From: Phallusia mammillata
Lineage: Eukaryota
Direction of reading: 5' to 3'
NCBI GenBank assembly: GCA_965637545.1
Contig: OZ281494.1
Location: 19,158,001 to 19,222,000 of the forward strand
Length of the DNA: 64,000 nucleotides
Positions 25,701 through 44,780 of the stretch are shown here, one piece after another. Under the pieces are notes generated by a model, which had not been told where the DNA came from, did no database searches, and saw only the letters and a program-made list of their open reading frames with translations. The position numbers and the translations under genes are program-made. The first letter of the stretch is position 1. Every line of letters begins with the position of its first letter.

Positions 25701-27046
25701 TGAGGTATGCTAAGGTAGGGCCTTTTAACATTTTTTTTCTTATTTGTGTTGTTTGACAGGCTATAGTATCAAAGCCGACAAGTATTGAGATGAAACCTGC
25801 AGTTTCAGATATTGAAGATGATGTCAATCAAACCATCGAAAATCTTGTTGATCAGGTTGTAGCTCAGGTAGACTCAAAACTTAAAGTAAATGATTTTATA
25901 CTTGATTAAAAAAGTGTATATAGACTGTATTGATCTGTTACTGTCATTTCAATTTTTATGAGTATTAATTGTTGTCGAGGTGCATATTGGTAAACATTAT
26001 GCTGAGTCATTCAATGTCTTAAAGTAAGAAAAAAAAATTGTTTTAGGGTTAAATGATTCAAGTTTTTGTCATTTGCAAATTTAAATACTTCTTATTTTGT
26101 AGAATTACCCTCCACAGCAAAGCCACAGTTTGCTGTCTGGTTGCCCCCCAAAAAAGAAGGTGAGCAAATTTTTGTGAGAATGCTTTTCAAATGGTGAAGG
26201 ATAGGTCATTTTTTCATTCTGGGACATGTGAAATCAGACATTATTTGTTAGCTTCACTGTACTGCCCCAAGTGGGAGAACGCATGTTACAAACAATGGTA
26301 AATGCTAAAAACATATCTGTGCCAGGCCAAAAATTCTTTAGATATCTATTAACTTTTTTAGTCAGATTTCACATGGCCAATGTTGTTGTCAGATAGAAAA
26401 GTGGCTTTCCTATTCATTTCCGTTTTATATCCTTTTTACCTATTTACTATACATTTTAGCAGGCAAAAACGAAAGGGTTCCTACACGTTCAATTTTGGCC
26501 AGTTAAAAACATTACTTTTGGTCCTTAAAATTCCAGACATGTGATTAAAAATTATAAATACCTGATTGGAACAAAATTTTACAGCACAAAGTTTTGCTAT
26601 AAAAAGGTACAGTTGCACCACTAGCCCCAAAAATTAGTGATCATTTTAAACAATGTCTGAATTGGTTCAAGTTTCAATCAGCTTTGGAATGTAGCATTGT
26701 GAGGTGTCCGTTGTTGTTTTTCACCTTGTTGCCCACCACTTTACCCACTGGCCCTCTATAATGGTTCCGGAAACTCAGCAATCTTTATATCATTTGTTTC
26801 TGTATATTAGTGTACTTTTCAATTAAAAAACGCCACATTATGCCTAATTAAATAAATATCTGATTTACATTTTATGATGTATTGTCTGTGTGTGGCCTTG
26901 TAGCAAACCAAAATATACAAATCTTCTGTGTTCATTTATAGCAACCTTACTGTTTCTTTATTTTTATATCTTAGATGGGAAAAATGCAAAAGTTTAAGAA
27001 ACTTATGCTTCGTTTCTTTTGCTGTGGTGCTAAAGTGGATTGTTAA
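19749..27046 (+). CDS. Orphan ~305-311 aa protein encoded by 17 short exons, all coding introns phase 0
   Basis: Exons: 19749-19763, 19826-19882, 19988-20050, 20156-20218, 20295-20318, 22665-22688, 22758-22781, 22853-22909, 22969-23031, 23110-23145, 24258-24365, 25443-25478, 25533-25577, 25639-25704, 25760-25867 (or 25885), 26103-26159, 26975-27046 (TAA). Each has AG/GT boundaries, a length divisible by 3, and is stop-free in frame 0. Confidence 0.75.
20694..21053. mobile_element. Young hAT MITE in intron 5 of the orphan gene
   Basis: Perfect TIR CAGTGGTTCCCAACC / GGTTGGGAACCACTG; perfect TSD CTCTATCC; repeated GTGGCCCC subterminal motifs. Confidence 0.92.
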
Positions 27047-27339
27047 AGCTGTTGGTAAGGGTTTTTGGTTCCTGATAAAAATCTAATTGTTATTCAGTGC
27101 ATTATTGATTTTTCAGATGCAGCTCTTTTTGTGATTCATCTTTCTTCACCTTTTTTATTCGCATACTCATGACCGCAAGTTAGGATACAGGTTGTGATTG
27201 AACTGTAGTTTTATGTCGGGGTAAAAGCTTATCTGGAACATACATATTGATTATGTTACAAAAAAGTAAATCTCAGAAAAAGAAACTGTACACCACATGT
27301 CCCTAACATGTTTACTTTGTCAAAAAACCTTCTCACCAA

Positions 27340-28800
27340 AATAGCATGTCCAAATCAGCTACCAGTTAATCTATTGGCAGCTTAGCAATCAAGTCCATAA
27401 AGGATGCTTACCAGCCAAGCAAAATACTCATTTATCCAACCAATTAGCAATGCCCAATCTGCAATTCCCTGCACACTTGGAAAGTTAGTGCACCACACAA
27501 GTTAACATTGCCCAACCAACCATACACGAATGCCCAACCAGTAAGTATAACCCCACCCAACTAGGTCAACAATGGTTGGCCCTCCCCACCATACAGAAAT
27601 GCCCAACCAGCATTGTACAACAATGCTTAACCTATCCAACTGATTAAAGTGCCCAACCCAACCATCCAACTGAATTCCTCAAATGGGTTAGCAATGCCCA
27701 ACCCCCCTGTCAAATAAAAATGCCACACCCACCTGATCAGTTAGAAATGTTGAACCCACCCATCCAGGTTAGCAATACTTGACCCACCCAACCAATCAAA
27801 AATGCTCAACACAACTGAACAATTAGAAAAGCCCAACCCACTCGGTCACTTAGAAATAGCTAATCCACCCAACCAGGTTAGCAATGCCCAACCCATCCGC
27901 CTAAACAGAAATGACCAAACCAGGTTGGCAATGTCACCTAAATTTGAAAATGCTCAACTGACCTCACCAATTAGAAATGGTTTATCCACCCAACCAGGTT
28001 AGCAATCCCAACCCACCCGTCCAATCAAAAATTACTAACTATTCCAAACAGGTTCGACATGACCTACTTGACGAACCAGGTTAGCCATAGACAACCCACC
28101 AAACCAGGTTAGCAATGTCCAACCCATTGGCCAATTAGAACGGCTAATCCACCCAATCAGGATAACAACCCCCTCCCAACCCCACTAATTACAAATGCCC
28201 AACCAACCTGATCAATCAGAAATCCCCAACCCATGCAATCAATAGGAAACGACCAACCCACCCAACCTGGTCAGCACTGCCCAACCAACCTGACCAATCA
28301 GAAATGACCAACCCACCCAACCAGGTTTACAATGCCCAACACACCTGGTCAATTAGAAACGACCAACCCACTGAACCTGGTTAGCACTGCCCAACCAACC
28401 TGACCAATCAGAAATCCCCAACCCATGCAATCAATAGGAAACGCCCAACCCACCCAACCTGGTCAGCACTGCCCAACCAACCTGACCAATCAGAAACGAC
28501 CAACCCACCCAACCAGGTTTACAATGCCCAACACACCTGGTCAATTAGAAACGACCAACCCACTGAACCTGGTTAGCACTGCCCAACCAACCTGACCAAT
28601 CAGAAATGACTGACCCAGACAACCAGGTTTACAATGCCCAACACACCTGGTCAATTAGAAATGACCAACCCACTGAACCTGGTTAGCACTTCCCAACCAA
28701 CCTGACCAATCAGAAATCCCCAACCCATGCAATCAATAGGAAACGACCTACCCACCCAACCTGGTCAGCACTGCCCACTTAATCAGCAAGGCCCAAACCT
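27340..28800. repeat. 27/28-bp C/A-rich minisatellite, degenerate at left and with higher-order repeats at right
   Basis: Units such as CACTGCCCAACCAACCTGACCAATCAG and AAACGACCAACCCACCCAACCTGGTCAG; the AAATCCCCAACCCATGCAATCAATAGG variant recurs at 28220, 28412 and 28714. Confidence 0.9.
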
Positions 28801-31800
28801 AATCAGCATTAAAGCCCAACTTTTTACTTTATTTGAAGTGCTTAACCCCAGAAAACTCACAACTCCTAACATGATTTAAAATGTCCCCCATTTTTTGGCA
28901 ATGTTCATCATCATTGCCAGATTCACCTACCTAATCAACAAACCATGCAATGGGCTGTACCGTTTTTGACAACCTGATTGGGTATTTTTTTAACCCTATT
29001 GAAATTTTAGTGACAGTACCCAACCCAATAACCGTCCAGCTTTTTAAAACTGAGAAGCTTTGTCCAGCAATCCCACTCAGTGAGTAGAGCCGTGGAGGAT
29101 TGTTTGATTTTGGCAAGATTTTGTTTTCTGTTGATCTAATGGTTGCTCTGCAAATAGTTCATATTTTCGTTAGTGATATCATGTAAACTCACTGCTTTTT
29201 CTACAGACCACCTGGTAAGGGGGGTACAGTTGGTCAGAAGTAGTGGCTGGTGTACTTACATTTACTGTGTTGCCTTGTCCACATGGAGGCTATCCCAAGG
29301 GGTATAGCCTGCCATGCAGTATAAACATGGCCATGGAAGCATAGTAAATGGCACGGGTGAGTGTGATGGTTTTAGGGAATTGGGCTAGTGATTACTCATT
29401 GGTTACCAAACAGATTTTTTGGTCAGGTCTGGAGGTTGGATGAATTGTTCAAATTGGTTTTGGTTTTGAAGGGTGGAAGGTAGCCTATTGCCAAAGTGCT
29501 GTTTGCATTTTTGACTCAATTAACTTATCAGTTACTTACTAGTTGCCCAAACCTGACCATTTACATCACTCATTTTCTGAAAAACTTATGTTAAAATGTA
29601 TTAACTTCAAACTTGGTACCTTACTGATTTTATATACATATGTATTTTTAGCGGCAACATATCTTTAATATCATCAAGTTAGGCTATGCATAGATTTCCT
29701 TATGTTAGTAAAATAAAGTTTTAAAATTATTATCTGGTTAAGGTTGTTATAATTTTTTGTACGTAGTAGCTGTAGTACTAAAACATAAATGTTAGGCATA
29801 TTTTTCTTGCATTTTGACTAATTTTTAATAGGACACTACCTTACAAGTGGTTTAGATACAAGTATAAATTATAGAAATAAATATTTTTCAGTGATTTTAT
29901 TTTCACAGATATTAAATCTAATATACTTTTTCGGTTTTGAACACAATTAGTTTTATCCTAATAGTGTTTTGTTCTTAATAATGTTAAAGAATAGGATAAG
30001 ACTCATCGATTAACTTATATAAACTGTATGTAGAGGTTATACTGTTTGTGTACATTCATTTAAAGTTGGCAACTGTACAGCCTTTTTATCATTTAAAAGG
30101 ATTGCATTTGGAAACAACAAAATAAAGTTCTTTTGGCTGCCTAATTTATTTCTCAAAACAATTACTAAATTTTACTGTTGGTAACATTAAATGAATGTAC
30201 ATTGGTTAACTTACGGGTGCGAGGGGAAATATTTAAAAATGTAAAACTTCAGTAAGGTGTCATAATTTCAAGTTAAAACATGTTTAACATGTGTTTTTTG
30301 ACATTGTGTGAGTAGATAGTTAGGTTTGGGACTTGTGAGCTAGCTGCTAAGCACATTGAGGCAAAAATACAGGCACTTTCGCAATAGAATATCTACCATT
30401 GTTTAAAACTTAAACCAATTAGAACAATTTTTTCCATCCAACAGTACCTGGGTAAAAAATCTTGCCAGACGAAAAAAATCTGGCTTGTTTGGTGGCTAGT
30501 GAGTTAGTCACTAGGTCAATTTTCTAAAACCAGAAGTCACATTCATCCTACAACAAGTGCATTAGCCTTTCTGGCCTACATGGACTCCCCGTCAAACAGG
30601 TGGCTGTGGGAAAAGCTTTGAGTCTGCATGGTATTACCAATGAAAATGTGAACTATGTTACAGGGGATCGGTGTGGGTGCAGCGTAGGATGGGAAGTTGA
30701 AGGGCAGAGTAACTGTTTGGTTAACAGCAAAATGATTTCTTGCTAAAAATTAAACAAATCTCCACTCCTTTACTCACTGAGTGGGACTGCTGAACACAGG
30801 TTATTAGCTTTGGAAAGCTGAACGTCAGTACACAAGGCCAGGCCTGGAGGGAAACACAGTCTACAGGGCGATGTTGAGGTTGGTGGGTTGGTTATAACTT
30901 GGTGTAGGCAACTAGAGTGCAAAGTAGCCTTGTGGGGAGTGGGATCGTATTGACCTTGGTTTGGGTACATCATTTCGAAAGATTTAAAGCACTTTAGGTT
31001 TGTTTGTTGGTGCCATTTGCCACTAAGCAGAGCATACAAAAATACTAAAATAGGTCTGATGATAACAGTAACAAAACAATTTAGCAAGAAGTAGTACTGT
31101 ATCAACTAAATTTGACTCTCAGAAAACTCAACAAATGGTACTAAGCAAAAAGGACTGAAATAAGGTTAATATTTCTTCAAGGGGCATGTGGTGTTGTTTG
31201 TAAAAAAATGGTCTGGTTTCAACCTACAAAATTTATTTAATTTCAATTACATCACCTGTTTTGTATCTTGCGGTCATGAGGTCATTTTGTGTCTAATAAA
31301 ACAACTACAAAATAATTCCAATCATGTTTTAGCTAAAAATGCGTTGTTGTGGTGACACAAAGCAGCTTAACAAACAAGTACTGCGCTGGGTGTTGTCTGC
31401 GGGATTTGTAGGTTGTAGTCCCAAGTCAAGGCCTACTTTTTTGAGATCTTGGTTACGCCTTTGCAGTGTTAGTCATGGCTGCTGGTTACCTATTTGTGGT
31501 AAAGCTTGCACAACACGTTAATCACTGCCTCATCTGAAATCATGTTGTTAATTTCTTTAAATTCATTAGAAAGCGGTACGTAGACAAATAATGTCAGGTG
31601 CTGCGTTTAAAGGCCGCTGTGTAGTACAACTACAACGTATAAAAATGGAAAAGAAGTAGTGTCCATAAATTCAGTCATCCAAAAAAAGGACAGTGCATTT
31701 CTAACAACTGTTAAACTATCCGTAGTTTGAACAGGTGATATACTTCAAACATTGTTTTGTCGTAATTGTCGTGTGTACTGACTTCAAAGTTTGTAACGTT

Positions 31801-32191
31801 TTGTAAATTTAAAGCTGTTTAATCATGTTATATTTGTAGTGACTTTCAGTATGGCTTATCTCACATTGGTTTCTCGTGGTCAATAAGGGATTGGAACCAA
31901 CAACCTTGTGAAGGTGTTTGCACTCTTCCAGTGGTTATCAACGAGAGTGCCATTAGTATATTTAAGGGGACTGCCAAGCACTTGTCTATTCTATTGCAAT
32001 CGTCGTACATGTGAAATTAAGTTTGCATGAGAAAAACTTAGGATACACTTTTTCGTCGAGAATTTTATGCAAGCATGACAAGTGATTCCCTGGTAGGCTA
32101 CGCTTAAATGAAAAGTTTTGTGCCAAAACTAAAATCATCATAAAAATAGACAACTTGATACTTTATTGAGACAATGATTGTATTGCTAAAT

Positions 32192-33113
32192 CAGGGGTCA
32201 CCAAACTACAGCCCGCGACGTTATTTCATCCCGGCTAGCGAAGGGGTCCTAATATATATCTTAAAACAAAAAACAAAGCTTGAGTTAACCGTTGAAGGGT
32301 ATTTTACTGCGAAAGTATTCTAGCAACAATCAAGGGCGGATCCAAAAATTCAAATAAAATCCAATTCGTGTGACAAAATTCATCGTTCTGCGTATTTGTG
32401 GTAATTTAGTATCAATTATCGCCATTAATATGCAATACAGTACATGATTTATTAGGTAGCTGCTAAGTGCTAGCTGTACGCCAAGATACAGGAAATAACA
32501 TGGTGACAGCAAAATAAATATTTTTGGAAAAGCCTGGTTATGTTAAGGTAGTCGGAATTTGTGTTAACATGATCCTCGCATATATTGCTGAACACCACAT
32601 TATATTATTGCTTTTCGCAGTAGAGCCTAAACTACAACAAAAAAAATCAATGTTTGCCGTCATTTTGGAATTTTAACAGGTTTTGGGTTGCTTAACATAG
32701 TTTTTTTACGAAGTCAATGTTATTCAACCGGGCTAAAAATAATAACAGGCAAAATTTGGTTAGATTGCGAAATAGGGCATTAAAGCAAACTGTAGGGTAA
32801 AATTGTTTTCAACCAATGCATTAAGAACTAAACAGGTAATGGCCTATGTTTAAATAACATCAACAAATGTAACTCGATGTTGCCCTATTTTAAGCAGGCC
32901 AACAAAGACATGCTAGGTGGACGCAATAGTCACGTACTTATGACCATAAAGAAGAGATGTCCGCCACCAAGAACATTCTGGTGTGATGAATGCTATCAAA
33001 TCCATCTTTCCTTTCGGGAGCTTTAGCAGTTTTAGCACCACGGCATATTCTAGGGGGAGGGGGCGATCGCGATCCCTCGATTTTCATCTGCGAAAAAAGT
33101 TTGGTGGCCCCTG
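32192..33113. mobile_element. Non-autonomous hAT element carrying a copy of neighbouring sequence
   Basis: TIR CAGGGGTCACCAAACT / AGTTTGGTGGCCCCTG; TSD-like TGCTAAAT vs CACTAAAT; internal 32353-32573 nearly identical to 34077-34286. Confidence 0.7.
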
Positions 33114-34345
33114 CACTAAATGGTCCGTTGTGAAGTTAGTTTTAAAGCCCACTAGATATACATCTGGTATGATTTACCTAAATGTTTGACCAGCAAGGTG
33201 TTTATCAAATGATGTAAGCCACGCCGTTTTCTGAATATTTGCTTATTTTACTATGGCAGTGCCTTTTTCAGTCCTGCTGTACACTGTTTGTTTTGTAAGC
33301 TACTGGATTATTTTCAATCTTGAGATTTCTGCAGACGTTTCTCTTTGCTGAAAACACTTTTGTATGGAATTTAATACAATAATGGAGATGCTCACTGACT
33401 GTGATAAATACCCAATTCAATCACATTGTGTGTCTGTCAACCTGACAACAATTTCCAGTTGACAAACACGCTTACCTCACTTGTTAAATTTAACCACGAC
33501 GACAGAAATGTGTTATTCATAGACATTTTTGTTTGTCTTTTATCATTGCCCGTTATTATTTTTCCACTAAATCAACAACAGAAAAGGAAAAAGCACCATG
33601 AGAAATGACACTGAAGAGTATATCGCAGGTCACAAAAGTTTGAAAGACAGGAACGAGTCAGAATTTGAACAGTAAGACGACAATTCGTGCAAAACTCGGA
33701 ATCACAGTACAATAATTGCTCACAGCAAAAAAGAAATTGAAACGAAATCAGTGTGAAAAACACGAGTGTTTTAACTAAAACACCAAGCTATAACACCACA
33801 AACATTAACTAGCACCCATTTGCACACAAACAACACTAATGTAAGAAAAATCGAAAGTATTGCAACAAAAATTTAAAACTGTCATAGGAAACACAGTCAC
33901 GCGTGAAGTCAGTTCAATACAATACATGATTGAATACAGAAATTGCACAAAAAAATAATACCTCGTGAGCCAGAGCTAATCTCTGAGGCTGCAGTATGAA
34001 AGGAGACATTACATATAAAGTGGTAGTGTAGTGTTATGTAAAACAAACAAACACTTTGTTGGCAAGCCAATGTGGCAATAAAATCCAATTCGTGTGATAA
34101 AATTCATCGTTTCTGCGTATTTGTGGTAATTTAGTATCAATTATCGCCATTAATATGCAATGCATGATTCATTAGGTAGCTGCTAGCTGTACGGCAAGAT
34201 ACAGGAAGTAACATGGTGACAGCAAAATAAATATTTTTGGGAAAGCCTGGTTATGTTAAGGTAGTCGGAATTTGTGTCAACATGATACAAATTACCAGGT
34301 CAGTATGTTTATTACTTCAGGCAAGGTCTAGATTTGTGCACGTTA

Positions 34346-43273
<8,928 letters not shown>

Positions 43274-44780
43274 CTTCACAATTAGCAACAAAAAATTCGG
43301 AACTTAAGGAATACACTTAGTGACATTATTTTGTACTGTATATTAAGCAGATGATTATTTTTCTTTCTTGAAACTCTGGCAGCATTTGATAGCAAATAGG
43401 AAAGATCTTAAAATACATGAAAATTCACTTAACTAACTACATTTCAACTTTGCAAGAACTTAAGCAGAGTAAACCCTTTTAAAAGAAACTTTTAACCTCC
43501 AGTGGAAAAACTGCAAAATGCAAATTTACAGAAACCAACAATCAGATGCATTTCTAAATTTATGAAGGTAAAAATTTTAAAACTTTACAGAGTAAAAATT
43601 ACAAAACTATAGGAAAACAACATGTGTCTCCCACAAAAAGGGACTCATAGTAAACATGTCAAAATCCACACAACCTGGTACTAAACTCTGACCATACACT
43701 GTGCAGCACATAATTTTTAAAAATATACCAAGAGATAATAAAAATGAAAAAGTTACGCGAGAACACACAGCACTAACACTATTCAATTTACATGAGCACA
43801 AACAGGGTAAAGTAACCCTAAAATTACATCCAGGTGTCTCATTATTTTATGACATTACAAGTTGCCTGATTACAACAATATAATTAGACACAATAATTTC
43901 ACACAAATTACTAGTGTGAATGCAATTTAGTAGAATACACAGCAACCGTGTCTATGCATATTTGTGCAAAGGTTCTGCACTCTTATCTCTCAAAGTTAAA
44001 ATTAAAAACATATTAAAAGATTATACAATTTTAGAGACCATGACCACACTACTAAATACTTAATCAATCCAACGCCGCTCATATAAAAACTGCACTCATC
44101 TAAGTATTCCGAATTTAAAACAAATATTTGTAGACTCTTTGTGTAATACTGTCAAATGGAAACATGACATGAAAAAACACTACACAAACAGTTCGCAAGG
44201 CTCACTTTTGCACATACATTTAAATTACATTCAACAATGAATAACGAGCTAAATGCAAGTATGGCCACAGGAGGCATACGAGCGCAGGCAATCGATATTT
44301 GCAGAGAAAGTGGTAAACGTCAGATCACAGAAAGCAAGGTTTTCGATTTTCGCTTGACGTGGCTTTCTTGCCTCGGATTGAAAGACGCTAATTCTTATTG
44401 TTTGTTTGTTTGTTTGTTTTTTCGGTTTCATTATATTTGCCTTTTGCTCAATATATTACTCTTCTTTATTGACCAAATTATAAAACTTGATTAATTATTT
44501 TGTTTAGGTGTTATGAGCAGGCTATCGTTGGCTACCGGTACCTATATTCCCGGGTTAACTGTCAACTTAACATGCAACGAATTTAATAATAATTTCAATT
44601 TTTTTGTTTTTATGTTTTTGGTTTAAATGAAATTTGCCAAATAAATGACACTCAACTGTTTGGCCGCATGGTGCGCCTTTAGATCTCAGTCTCTGGCGTT
44701 TTTTCTTTGCCGTCTGGATTGTTTGTACAAAATTACGAAATGGTGCGTGTCTTTGCAGAAAGCTCGAGGGTTGAAACAGC

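Noticed and set aside
27802-28002. Pro/Asn/Gln-rich ORF in the minisatellite
   Set aside because: Mixed 27/28-bp units shift the frame constantly and there is no convincing splice linkage.
28190-28780. CRISPR-like periodicity
   Set aside because: Eukaryotic context, no unique spacers and no cas genes; it is a tandem minisatellite.
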